Virus record (IMG/VR): IMGVR_UViG_3300023223_000669
Coordinates: 119,101 to 183,100 of that record
Origin: a virus
Reading direction: 5' to 3' (one strand)
DNA length: 64,000 nt
In this document: positions 30,345 to 39,681 of the stretch, piece after piece
Numbering within the stretch: position 1 is the first letter of the stretch
Layout: every line of letters begins with the position of its first letter
Program-made: the position numbers and the translations under genes
The notes under the pieces: generated by a model
Seen by the model: only the letters and a program-made list of their open reading frames with translations
The model's database searches: none
Told to the model about the DNA's origin: nothing

Positions 30345-30595
30345 GCGAAACATATTTTGAATTAGATGATATGGCTTCAAAACTCTTTAGCGAGTTTCAT
30401 AAAGCTATCGATGGTTTGCGTGCCGATGACACAGAAGCAAAAAAATATTTGTATGGTGCCTTTATTACGCTTCAAGAAGATATGTATTGTCTGGAAGCAA
30501 GACTAGCACCCGCGTCTCATTCGAGAGAACATCAGCGGTGTATTGCGGCAGAAGCACGCAATGGCATGTTAGCTCATTCTGATAAGAAGGACTAA
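30341..30595 (+). CDS. Hypothetical protein
   Basis: Coupled ORF. Confidence 0.5.
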   Translation: MSETYFELDDMASKLFSEFHKAIDGLRADDTEAKKYLYGAFITLQEDMYCLEARLAPASHSREHQRCIAAEARNGMLAHSDKKD

Positions 30596-30596
30596 A

Positions 30597-30959
30597 ATGA
30601 AAGTATTAGTACTATGTGGTAGCGGATCCGTTCAAGCAGAAGGTGAGAGCCATGCTGAGCTTTGGGAGCAACTTGCTCAACTAGAGGAAGCATTTGGCGA
30701 GCATCAGTGTGGTAAATGTGAAGGCACTCATGTTCGTCATGTTGTCAGAGAAAATGACGGTGGTGACAAATTCTATGAGCTACATTGTTTAAAGAAAGGC
30801 TGCCGTGCTCGTCTACGCATGAGTGTCCGTAAGAAGGGTGGTGTGTTCTATCCGAAGCGTAAGGCTGGCGAAAATGATTCGTCTGGCTTGGAGCAGGGAG
30901 CATGGTTGCCGAATGGCGGGTGGATGAAGTATAACGCACAGATCGGTAAGGAAGAGTAA
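30597..30959 (+). CDS. Zn-ribbon hypothetical protein
   Basis: CGKC...CLKKGC; AAGGA SD upstream. Confidence 0.6.
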   Translation: MKVLVLCGSGSVQAEGESHAELWEQLAQLEEAFGEHQCGKCEGTHVRHVVRENDGGDKFYELHCLKKGCRARLRMSVRKKGGVFYPKRKAGENDSSGLEQGAWLPNGGWMKYNAQIGKEE

Positions 30960-31525
30960 TGGATCCTGTTTGCATTTGTAAGGGTCTTGATCCCCGCGAC
31001 GGAAAGACCACGCACAGTCATCATTCATCTTGTCCTAGAGCAAAGCCATTTGAAGAAATGACTCCTGGTATTCGTGAGGCTAACGCTATGGCCAACCAAC
31101 GACTCAAAGAAATACTAAGACAAAGAGAAAAGACTATGTTGACTTTTGATGAATACCAGGAAAGTACTACGCATACTCGTATTTACCGCGACTCGATTCG
31201 TACAATCCTGATGGGCCTTGGCATTGAAGGTGATGCACTCCAGGCGGTAACCAAACTACTAAGTACATCTTATGCTGGTCTCGGCTTGGGTGAAACTGGT
31301 GAAGTCCAAGGTAAGCTCAAAAAGATCATTCGTGACAGTGGTGGCGTGATTGACGATGATGTGCGTCAGAAGATTGCTGGTGAACTCGGTGATTGTCTGT
31401 GGTATGTCGCTGCGACAGCGGAAGAGTTTGATCTTAGTTTAGGTGATATTGCTCAGGCTAACTTAGATAAGCTGGCCGATCGCAGAGAACGCGGCGTGAT
31501 TCAGGGTTCCGGCGACAACAGATGA
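30959..31525 (+). CDS. mazG: MazG-like nucleotide pyrophosphohydrolase
   Basis: TFDEYQ; LGLGETGEVQGKLKK; ELGDCLWY; N..KLADR..RGVI.GSGDNR. Confidence 0.88.
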   Translation: MDPVCICKGLDPRDGKTTHSHHSSCPRAKPFEEMTPGIREANAMANQRLKEILRQREKTMLTFDEYQESTTHTRIYRDSIRTILMGLGIEGDALQAVTKLLSTSYAGLGLGETGEVQGKLKKIIRDSGGVIDDDVRQKIAGELGDCLWYVAATAEEFDLSLGDIAQANLDKLADRRERGVIQGSGDNR

Positions 31526-31812
31526 GACGCCTGAATCGCAAATCAGAAGACAAACGCGTATTCACCTGTCCTCAATGCGAGAAGCATCGCATGACTCGAC
31601 CCATCGCTCATGTAGTGAGCGATGAGAAACATCCCTATAAGACGAAGACTGGTGAGGAGCGTGAGTTCTTTATCGATATCTGTGATCCTTGCAAACGCCG
31701 CAACTTCCGCAGGCATTTCGAGCCATCGCGGGAGGACATTCGTAAGGTACTCAAAACTCTAAGTGAAGATGCCACACTAGCGGACGATCAATCTCTCGAA
31801 GATTTGCTGTGA
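31522..31812 (+). CDS. Zn-finger hypothetical protein
   Basis: CPQC...CDPC. Confidence 0.55.
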   Translation: MRRLNRKSEDKRVFTCPQCEKHRMTRPIAHVVSDEKHPYKTKTGEEREFFIDICDPCKRRNFRRHFEPSREDIRKVLKTLSEDATLADDQSLEDLL

Positions 31813-32402
31813 AACTGAGATTTGGAAAATATACCGAAGCCCAACTTAGAGAAGTGATTAAAGAATCTAGGTCTATCAGACAGTCTCTTTTGAAGCTTGG
31901 TGTAAGCGTTAAAGATAATACCTATAGGGCTATCCGGCGACGTATTGATTATCTTGATATAGATACATCACATTTTACTACTAGTGGACCAGCCTGGAAG
32001 CGTGGCCGACGTACATCTATAGAAGATTATTTTAGTAATAAAGTCAAGATTACAAGCCACTTATTGCGTTGTCGTCTACTAGAAGACCGTATCTTTGAAC
32101 ACAAATGTTTCAATTGTTCTCGTTCTGAATGGTGTGATCAACCTATTCCACTAGAACTTAATCATATTAATGGCGATCACAACGACAATAGCTTTGATAA
32201 CTTGGAATTATTGTGCCCTAATTGTCATGCTTTGACGCCACACTACAGAGGTAGAAAAAACAAAAACCAAAAATATAAAACGCATTGCAAACGCGGCCAC
32301 GAACGCACCGAAGATAACTTACACTCAAATCGTGGGTGTAAAATATGCAAGAAAAATTACGACAAATTACGCAGGAATAGAAAAATTGGCCAATCATCGT
32401 AA
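31809..32402 (+). CDS. HNH endonuclease
   Basis: C..C..EW..PIPLEL.HINGDH.DN..NLELLCPNCH; KTHCKRGH tail. Confidence 0.85.
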   Translation: MKLRFGKYTEAQLREVIKESRSIRQSLLKLGVSVKDNTYRAIRRRIDYLDIDTSHFTTSGPAWKRGRRTSIEDYFSNKVKITSHLLRCRLLEDRIFEHKCFNCSRSEWCDQPIPLELNHINGDHNDNSFDNLELLCPNCHALTPHYRGRKNKNQKYKTHCKRGHERTEDNLHSNRGCKICKKNYDKLRRNRKIGQSS

Positions 32403-33621
32403 TTACTGGTTCTCAACAGCTCCAACCAGACACAGTGTCTCGTCGGGCTTAGTTCGTAATGCGGACGTGCTTATCATCGGCGGCGGTATCGCGGGTGTCA
32501 GCCTCCTGTATACCTTATTGAACGCGGGGTTCACTAACACTTATCTGGTGGAGGAATCCACCATCGCCGCCCATGCGAGCGGGCGGAGTAGTGGCCAGCT
32601 TATGCTTCGTGGTTTCAAGCTATTCAGTGAAATGCCAGAAGCCGATGGTATCGAATACCTTGAGTATGTGGGTGAAAACAATCGTCGTTTTCTCAGTGGT
32701 TTACGACGTGTAGCCTTTGACACTGACCTACGCGACTCAGGTGGATTACGCCTAGCAGTTACGAAAGAGGAACTAAAATCTCTTGAGAAGGAGTCTGAGT
32801 TTATACTTAGGCATCGTGACCTCAAGTGTCCCATGTTGACGGCTAAGGAATTACTAGGTCTTATCCCACAGACTAATTTTTTAGGCGGCATGTTCGTTCC
32901 CAATGAGGCTATTTTTAATCCATACAAAGTTGTGAATGGATTACGGGAATTCATTGAGAAGAAAGGATCTAGGGTTATTACGGATGCACAGGCGACTGCG
33001 GTAACTAAGAATACAGATGGCACTTTGGGTGTTTCAATTCGACATCGAGGAACCATTCGAGCAAAGAAAGTAATTTATGCGACCAATGCATACACACCAG
33101 AACTACTGCCTGAGTTGGCCGAGGCCATAACTCCCTATCGCGGGCAAATGATAGGTACCGATTATCTAGACGGCGAGATCGTCAGTAGCATTTTGCCTGC
33201 CATGAGCATGAGTTGTAATAACAGTAATGAATATTTCCGTGTGCATAATGGTCGTTTTTTAGTAGGTGGCATGCGACACGCGGTTCGCGGCAAGCAAATT
33301 GGTATCACGAACGATGGAGAGGTTAGTACTGCGGTGTATGAGAAGCTTCGTAACTTTGTTATTGATGCTTTTCCTTTCTTGAAAAATACTAAATTTACTC
33401 ATACGTGGTCTGGAATTATGGCTGCCACATCAGATGGATTGCCGTTGATTGGTGTCGTACCTGATAAACCTAATCAATTTATTTTGGCCGGTTTTAATGG
33501 CTATGGATTTTCTCATGCTTTACAAGGGAGCATGATTATCAAAGATCTTATCGCGACAGGGAAATCTTCTCATGCTGGCGTGAGATTATTTGATCCTGCT
33601 AGATTCCTGGAGACTGTTTGA
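32386..33621 (+). CDS. FAD-dependent oxidoreductase (DAO/PuuB-OrdL family); start uncertain
   Basis: IIGGGIAG Rossmann motif; ASGRSSG; ATNAY; WSGIMA.T.DGLPLIG; GFNGYG. Confidence 0.88.
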   Translation: MANHRNYWFSTAPTRHSVSSGLVRNADVLIIGGGIAGVSLLYTLLNAGFTNTYLVEESTIAAHASGRSSGQLMLRGFKLFSEMPEADGIEYLEYVGENNRRFLSGLRRVAFDTDLRDSGGLRLAVTKEELKSLEKESEFILRHRDLKCPMLTAKELLGLIPQTNFLGGMFVPNEAIFNPYKVVNGLREFIEKKGSRVITDAQATAVTKNTDGTLGVSIRHRGTIRAKKVIYATNAYTPELLPELAEAITPYRGQMIGTDYLDGEIVSSILPAMSMSCNNSNEYFRVHNGRFLVGGMRHAVRGKQIGITNDGEVSTAVYEKLRNFVIDAFPFLKNTKFTHTWSGIMAATSDGLPLIGVVPDKPNQFILAGFNGYGFSHALQGSMIIKDLIATGKSSHAGVRLFDPARFLETV

Positions 33622-34106
33622 TGCGACCGACTTTTTGTTCATATTGTAAGATGGAAACCATTTTACATGGTGATCCTCATTATTATTGGCAAAAATCTAA
33701 TCATATGTTAGTTGGTGGTTATTGGAAATGTAAACAGCGAAACCGTGACAATGTTAGACAATGGCGTCGTAAAAATCCCGAACGGATGCGTTTACGTTCT
33801 CATCGTGATTATGATCAAAAACATTCGCTGGAACATGATTTGGATCTTGCATTTTATTGTACTATTATCAAGGATGCATGCTTTTATTGTGGACTCACAC
33901 CAGCTAATGGTGTGGATAGGAAGGACTCATGTATCGGACATGTGCGAATGAATTGTGTTCCGTGCTGTCCCAAATGTAATATAATTTTGGGCGACATTCC
34001 TTTTGAAGCTAAGAAAGCTTTAAAACCTAATTTGCGTGATGTTCGTATACGTGGATTGTTAAAAAATTGGGATATTCCATCCAAGAGACGACAGATCGAT
34101 GAATAA
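33618..34106 (+). CDS. HNH-like homing endonuclease
   Basis: CFYCG..NGVDRKDS..GH...NCVPCCPKCN. Confidence 0.78.
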   Translation: MMRPTFCSYCKMETILHGDPHYYWQKSNHMLVGGYWKCKQRNRDNVRQWRRKNPERMRLRSHRDYDQKHSLEHDLDLAFYCTIIKDACFYCGLTPANGVDRKDSCIGHVRMNCVPCCPKCNIILGDIPFEAKKALKPNLRDVRIRGLLKNWDIPSKRRQIDE

Positions 34107-35991
34107 TGCTATGCGATTAGAAGGATTGGCACGAGATATTTTCTTACAGCGTTACGCTATGCCCGGTGAGACCGACTGGTTAGATTGTTCTAAGCGTGTT
34201 TCTGCTCATGTCGCACAACATGAGATCAATGGTCTAATTGGTGAATGGATGGATAAGTTCGATGCGGCTATTGGGATTGGAGATTTTATGCCTGGTGGTC
34301 GTATTTTATTTGGTGCTGGTCGCAGACAATTCAATATGTTGAACTGTTTTAGGCTACATCCAGAGGATACAGTCGAAAGCATCGGCAAGATGATTCGTGA
34401 CACGTATTTGATATCGTGTGGCGGCGGGGGCATTGGATATAACTTCTCTTCTATTCGTCCCAAAGGGGATGATATTCAGAACATCAGAAATTCTGCTCCG
34501 GGCTCTGTGTCGGTCATGAAGATGGTTAACGAGGTTGGCAATCATGTACGTAGCGGTAAAAATCGTCGCACGGCATTGATCGCCATTTTGAATGTAGACC
34601 ATCCTGATTTGTTTGAATTTCTACACGTTAAGCTGGATCTCGCTGAGCTGAATAACTTTAACATCTCAGTTGGTATTACGAATGAATTTATCAATGCCGT
34701 GCGACGGAATAAGTCATGGGTTTTTAAGTTCAATGGGCGTTCCTACGAACAATATCAGATGAGGCGTTCAAGTCCTGATGGATCAGACACTATTACCGTT
34801 CTTGCCCTCAACAAAGAGGATGCGGTCAATCGTGCCCAGGTGCATTATCGTAAGACTCAAGACGACAAGTTCACGCACGTCAAGTCGATAGATGTGATGG
34901 CCCGTGATATTTGGGATACTATTATTATTAACTCATGGCGAAGTGGTGATCCTGGTATCTATAATCTTGATTTGGCTAATGAGTTTACCAACGTTTCTTA
35001 TTTTGAAGACCTTGATTCGCCTAATCCGTGTGGTGAGATTCCTCTACCTCCCTATGGTAATTGTTGCTTGGGACATGTAAATTTATCAAACATGTATTCC
35101 GAGAAAATGGATGATGTTAATTGGAAACGTTTAGCCAAAGCTATTCGAATTGGTGTGCGGTTTTTAGATGACGTTCTGACAGCTAACTTCTATCCTATCC
35201 CTGAATGTAAAACGGTGGGTGAGCGTACTCGTCGCATTGGTTTAGGGGTGACTGGTCTCCATTATTTGTTGTTGAAATTGGGATACACATACGGTGACGA
35301 GAAGTGTTTGGAATTTCTTGATCGACTGTTTGCTACCTTTAGGAACGAAGCGTATAAAGCATCTATCGAACTTGCAAAAGAAAAAGGTGCGTTTCCTGAG
35401 TTTGATGCAGAGAAGTATTCTCAAGAGGGATTCTTTCAGCAGCTACCTTCACGCATTCAGAATGCCATTAGGAAATATGGAATTCGTAACGCTGTGATGT
35501 TGACAATTGCTCCATGTGGTACCAATAGCATGGTGCTTGGTGTGTCGTCGGGTGTAGAACCCATCTTTGCTCCCCTATATGAAAGACGATTCCGTGAAGG
35601 CAATGTGACACGCAAAGAGATAGTTGCTGATGCGTTGTTTGCTGAATATTTTACAGACGGCAAGTCTATGACTCATTTTCGCGGGGCACATGATGTACCT
35701 GTGGAATCTCACTTAGCAGTACAAGCAACTATTCAAAAACATATCGATTCAGCCATTTCCAAAACTACCAATCTTCCCAAGAAATATCCGGTGGAAGCAC
35801 TCAGCGACGTGATTTTAGAGCATGCTACATATGTCAAAGGATTCACCATTTATCGTGAAGGTTCCAAAGGGGACGAACCCTTGAAGCCTATCGATATTTC
35901 TGATCCTGTTAAACTTAGTGCCGCTATGAAAAAAGCAGGCGTTGGAGTGAAGTCTCTCGAAGCATGCCGTAGCGAAAGTTGCGAAATCTAG
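34099..35991 (+). CDS. nrdJ: Ribonucleotide reductase, probably class II (B12-dependent)
   Basis: PGGRIL; NCF; GGGIG; NFNISV; NPCGEI; CCLGHVNL; TIAPCGT; no nrdB in window. Confidence 0.88.
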   Translation: MNNAMRLEGLARDIFLQRYAMPGETDWLDCSKRVSAHVAQHEINGLIGEWMDKFDAAIGIGDFMPGGRILFGAGRRQFNMLNCFRLHPEDTVESIGKMIRDTYLISCGGGGIGYNFSSIRPKGDDIQNIRNSAPGSVSVMKMVNEVGNHVRSGKNRRTALIAILNVDHPDLFEFLHVKLDLAELNNFNISVGITNEFINAVRRNKSWVFKFNGRSYEQYQMRRSSPDGSDTITVLALNKEDAVNRAQVHYRKTQDDKFTHVKSIDVMARDIWDTIIINSWRSGDPGIYNLDLANEFTNVSYFEDLDSPNPCGEIPLPPYGNCCLGHVNLSNMYSEKMDDVNWKRLAKAIRIGVRFLDDVLTANFYPIPECKTVGERTRRIGLGVTGLHYLLLKLGYTYGDEKCLEFLDRLFATFRNEAYKASIELAKEKGAFPEFDAEKYSQEGFFQQLPSRIQNAIRKYGIRNAVMLTIAPCGTNSMVLGVSSGVEPIFAPLYERRFREGNVTRKEIVADALFAEYFTDGKSMTHFRGAHDVPVESHLAVQATIQKHIDSAISKTTNLPKKYPVEALSDVILEHATYVKGFTIYREGSKGDEPLKPIDISDPVKLSAAMKKAGVGVKSLEACRSESCEI

Positions 35992-36019
35992 TAGACAGTT
36001 ACGCCATTAGGCGTATAAT
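35992..36019 (+). promoter_or_regulatory. sigma70-like promoter, likely leaderless transcript
   Basis: TAGACA-16 nt-TATAAT; ATG at 36026. Confidence 0.6.
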
Positions 36020-36025
36020 GTTACC

Positions 36026-36355
36026 ATGACCCAACCTACCCCTCTTAAAAAGTATGTCTTGACTTTCCCCAAGGATGGCGAAGGTCAAGAGATGAAATAC
36101 CGTTTCATGCTCACGGTGGATCGCTGTCTTACTAATAAGACTGGATCTGGCGATGAAGATTACGGCACACGCCTACTGAAATCTCTTAGTACTATCAATG
36201 GCATCGAAGCTATTGTTCCTCAGGGTGGTAGATATACTCTTGAGGTTGGGATAGCTCGTACGTTTGATCCTAATGAGGTTATCAAAGAAATCGAGCGTCG
36301 TCTCAATGAGGAAGTGCTGACGGATATCATTCGTCCTACGCTTGTGACACCGTGA
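36026..36355 (+). CDS. Hypothetical protein (weak NifU/Nfu N-terminal-like resemblance)
   Basis: LLKSLSTINGIEAI..YTLEVG..FDPNEV pattern. Confidence 0.5.
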   Translation: MTQPTPLKKYVLTFPKDGEGQEMKYRFMLTVDRCLTNKTGSGDEDYGTRLLKSLSTINGIEAIVPQGGRYTLEVGIARTFDPNEVIKEIERRLNEEVLTDIIRPTLVTP

Positions 36356-36984
36356 ATGTATATAACAACACTGTTGAATTGTTAGGCATTTATGGTGGGG
36401 ATGAGTCGCATGCATTAAGTGCATGGACAAGCACGAGTCGTGATCTTACGGATGAGAAACGTAAACGCATGGGTAAGCTTCTTGCAATGTTGGCCGAAAA
36501 TGGACATCACACGCCGTTTGAAAAAAGCACCTTGCATTTTCTGGTCACCTGCGATACAGCCAGTCATATTCATATCATTAAACACCGTATTGGTGTGAGT
36601 GTTAATACTGAATCGGCTCGCTATAAAGAACTTAAAGAAGACAAGTTTTATGTTCCGCAAGATTGGCCAGATGTTGAGAAAGTTTATTTTGAAGATGCTG
36701 TACACAAAGTGTACGAGAGTTATCATGAATTACTTGAAGTATTGATACATTATGGTTTTTCACGCAAGCGAGCTAAAGAATCAGCTAGATTCATTTTACC
36801 GTATGCAAATCAGTTAACTATGGATGTTAGTTTTAATTTTCGATCTTTCATGCATTTTCAAGGTTTACGTAATAGTGAACATGCTCAAACGGAGATTCGA
36901 GAAATTGCCCAGCAAATGTTACAACTAGTTCGTGAGACCGGACAGTTTAATATGTCTTTAGATGCTTTTGGATATGCTGAGTAA
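36352..36984 (+). CDS. thyX: Flavin-dependent thymidylate synthase
   Basis: HHTPFE; KHRIGVSVNTESARY; ESARFILP; NFRSFMHF..LR..HAQ.EIR. Confidence 0.92.
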   Translation: MNVYNNTVELLGIYGGDESHALSAWTSTSRDLTDEKRKRMGKLLAMLAENGHHTPFEKSTLHFLVTCDTASHIHIIKHRIGVSVNTESARYKELKEDKFYVPQDWPDVEKVYFEDAVHKVYESYHELLEVLIHYGFSRKRAKESARFILPYANQLTMDVSFNFRSFMHFQGLRNSEHAQTEIREIAQQMLQLVRETGQFNMSLDAFGYAE

Positions 36985-37537
36985 AAAAGACGCTATTGGT
37001 TTTGAATCACAGAACGGTAGAATATATAAATTTGTCTGTTCTAATCCAGCGTGTGACAGAGTATTACGTGTTCGATCTTCTTACTTAAAACAACACTCTG
37101 GCCTTTGTGTGTCTTGCGTGAAGCACAAACCTCCATATTGGAGTACGTACAATAATTTACGCGGTAGTGTGAAGCGGCGTAATAAACGCCGTGGTTCAGA
37201 TCTTGAATTTGCTCTTACTTTTGAAGAATTTTTATTTTTGACGCAGATTAGGGTTTGTTATTATTGTGAGGAACCCAATATTGAATGGCTTGAGCGTGTA
37301 GGCAATGGTAAATTTCGATATAATCTAGATCGTAAAGATAACAATCGTGGTTATACATTTGACAATGTGGCTGTTTGTTGTAAAGAATGTAATCAGATGA
37401 AACGCGAATGGTTCACTTCTGATGAATTTCGAGCAATGAGGTTATTGCTTAAAAGGTGGCGAGAAGGCACACAAGAAGAACGCGATGAATTGATGTTGAT
37501 GCTGGTGTCCTGGAACAATACTGTAATACCAATATAA
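36962..37537 (+). CDS. HNH-like homing endonuclease
   Basis: CYYC; LDRKDNNRGYTFDNVAVCCKECNQMK. Confidence 0.78.
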   Translation: MLLDMLSKKDAIGFESQNGRIYKFVCSNPACDRVLRVRSSYLKQHSGLCVSCVKHKPPYWSTYNNLRGSVKRRNKRRGSDLEFALTFEEFLFLTQIRVCYYCEEPNIEWLERVGNGKFRYNLDRKDNNRGYTFDNVAVCCKECNQMKREWFTSDEFRAMRLLLKRWREGTQEERDELMLMLVSWNNTVIPI

Positions 37538-37559
37538 ATCATAACTAGACCCTCATTCT

Positions 37560-37595
37560 CTAAGGGCGGTTCCTGATATCAGGAACCGCCCTTAG
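37560..37595. terminator. Perfect 36-bp palindrome, probable terminator hairpin
   Basis: CTAAGGGCGGTTCCTGAT|ATCAGGAACCGCCCTTAG in the intergenic gap after the nrdJ-thyX block. Confidence 0.6.
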
Positions 37596-37680
37596 TGTAT
37601 TCTATTGATGGTCGCGTTTAGTTTGCCCACGAGGGCAAGTCCACTTCGCCTTATTGGCGGAGATAATAAGAGGTAAAGTT

Positions 37681-38139
37681 ATGACCAATATAGTCGCAAC
37701 CACTGTTGGGTCGGGAACCCTGCCGCAAACGCGGGCGATTCTTCCTGCCTCCCAACGAGGCAACCAGCCCCTTGGTGCAGGGATCCGTACTGGCATTCAA
37801 GTTGTAGTTGCCAATCCAGAAGATTTGAATTCTGTTGATATTGTGGCAACTTCTGGTGCTGTTGTGAGTACCATTGCAACCCAGCTTTTAGGGCCTCACC
37901 TGAATCCCCTACCTAGAACCCGTCAGGTGACTATCCAGAACTTAGGAGACAGTACGGTCTACATCGGCTTCTCTAGTTCTATTGTTGCTGCTTCTGGTGT
38001 GGGACCTACTGCTGGTTTTGCTCTAGAGCCTGATGCTGCTAGTTCACAAGTTGTGTTGCCTATTCTACATAACGTTGAGATTTGGGGCATTGCGGCCGCA
38101 GGCAGCGTGCCACAAGATGTACGTTTGTTGATTCTGTAA
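37681..38139 (+). CDS. Putative virion protein (small beta-sandwich)
   Basis: RQVTIQNLGDSTVYIG..GFAL..V.I.GIA pattern; paralog of 38605. Confidence 0.55.
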   Translation: MTNIVATTVGSGTLPQTRAILPASQRGNQPLGAGIRTGIQVVVANPEDLNSVDIVATSGAVVSTIATQLLGPHLNPLPRTRQVTIQNLGDSTVYIGFSSSIVAASGVGPTAGFALEPDAASSQVVLPILHNVEIWGIAAAGSVPQDVRLLIL

Positions 38140-38168
38140 GGGGATCTTCCGTGTAAAGGAGGTCCTTT

Positions 38169-38612
38169 ATGGTCCAGTGTAACAAATGTTTACAGAATAA
38201 GTCGCGTTCAGACTTTTATACTGATAGCCGCAATAGAAGTGGTATTGAGACTCAGTGTAAAGCCTGTAGATGTGCTCGTCAGAGACAGAGGCTTTCAACG
38301 GCTGAAGGTCTTGCTAAGCATCGTAAGTGTAGCCGTGACGGCATACAGCGTCTAAAAGACGCTGCTTATGAGGCATACGGTGGCTACCGATGCGTTTGTT
38401 GTGGCGAAACTGAGCCTAATTTTTTAAGCTTAGACCATATTCACAATGATGGTGCAATACATCGCAAAGAAGTCAGTGGCTCGAATTTCTATCGTTGGTT
38501 AAGAGATAGAGATTATCCACCCATTTTGCAGATTCTTTGCATGAACTGCAACGTGGGTAGACATCGTAACGGCGGCATATGCCCTCATAGAGTGGAGGTA
38601 TATCATGGGTAA
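38169..38612 (+). CDS. HNH/EndoVII-like homing endonuclease
   Basis: CNKC..CKAC; CVCCGE..LSLDHIHN..QILC.NCN; SD AAGGAGG. Confidence 0.78.
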   Translation: MVQCNKCLQNKSRSDFYTDSRNRSGIETQCKACRCARQRQRLSTAEGLAKHRKCSRDGIQRLKDAAYEAYGGYRCVCCGETEPNFLSLDHIHNDGAIHRKEVSGSNFYRWLRDRDYPPILQILCMNCNVGRHRNGGICPHRVEVYHG

Positions 38613-39045
38613 CTATGAGTATGCCACCACAATCGGTTCTGGTGCAATTCCTCATATTTCTGATGGGCCGCATCACGGTATAACGCCGGGCACGTTTCCT
38701 GTACCGGACCAAAGACACGCCCTACGTACGCGTAGGGGTGATGGTATGGTGGTCCTCAACCCTGAGGACTTCAGTGTATCTATCGGTCTACGCTCATCCG
38801 TTGTGTCAGTGACAACCTCGGCAACAGCGTTGCCGACAATCCCCCTAGAATTCCGCAGAGCACTTGTTATCCATAACAATGGAGCGTCAACTGTTTTCTT
38901 GGGAGCATCTGATGTCACTATTAGTACTGGTTTTCCTCTACTCGCAGGGGCGGATATTGCTTTTGACATTCAGAACAACCAAAATGTTGTAGTGTATGCT
39001 ATTGCAACGGGTACGGTTGAGGTGCGTGTTCTGGAGTTAAGTTAG
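38605..39045 (+). CDS. Putative virion protein (small beta-sandwich)
   Basis: RALVIHNNGASTVFLG..TGFPLLAG..VYAIA..EVRVLEL. Confidence 0.55.
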   Translation: MGNYEYATTIGSGAIPHISDGPHHGITPGTFPVPDQRHALRTRRGDGMVVLNPEDFSVSIGLRSSVVSVTTSATALPTIPLEFRRALVIHNNGASTVFLGASDVTISTGFPLLAGADIAFDIQNNQNVVVYAIATGTVEVRVLELS

Positions 39046-39681
39046 ATGAAACATCAGCATCAAGACATTTTTGCGGACGTTAATAATAAATCTTGTTACT
39101 GGGCAGGGTTTATTGCAGCAGATGGATGTTTGAAACCCCGAAATGGAGTTCTATCTATTGGTCTTTCTAGCAAAGATAAACAGCATTTGATAAAATTCCG
39201 TCAAGCTTTAGCTTGTACTAATCCCATAACATACAGATTAAATAATGGTTATGGCCGTAACGATTTACAGGTGACTGCTGCAAATGATCTTATTAAATCA
39301 CTCGGTCTGAATTTCAACATTACGCCACGTAAAAGCTTGATATTACAACCACCTAGATTGATTCTCGAAAATTATGTACGTGCCTTCGTTCGTGGTTATA
39401 TGGATGGTGATGGATATATTTCTCAATACGGTGGCAAAAATCGACCCAATACATATATTGGCTTTGCTGGTACACGAGAAGTATTACAATGGATTAAAGA
39501 AAAAATCCAACAGTGTGTTGATGTAGGTAATCCATCTGTTTACAAACATAAAAATTGTAATGTACATCAGTTGATTTTCGGTGGTAGGCAGGCGGAACGA
39601 ATTTTAGATTGGCTCTATATCGACTCCACTCAATCTACTCGTCTTGATCGTAAGTATGTCAAATACGAGGAGATCACCTAA
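39046..39681 (+). CDS. Free-standing LAGLIDADG homing endonuclease
   Basis: Two motifs: YWAGFIAADG and FVRGYMDGDG. Confidence 0.9.
   Translation: MKHQHQDIFADVNNKSCYWAGFIAADGCLKPRNGVLSIGLSSKDKQHLIKFRQALACTNPITYRLNNGYGRNDLQVTAANDLIKSLGLNFNITPRKSLILQPPRLILENYVRAFVRGYMDGDGYISQYGGKNRPNTYIGFAGTREVLQWIKEKIQQCVDVGNPSVYKHKNCNVHQLIFGGRQAERILDWLYIDSTQSTRLDRKYVKYEEIT

Noticed and set aside
30959-31525. MazG as part of a 2-aminoadenine (Z) genome system
   Set aside because: No purZ or datZ in the window; the sequence looks like a common phage MazG.
34099-35991. Intein or intron in RNR, thyX or dnaE
   Set aside because: Motifs are contiguous and protein lengths are normal; no Hint or endonuclease insert is visible.
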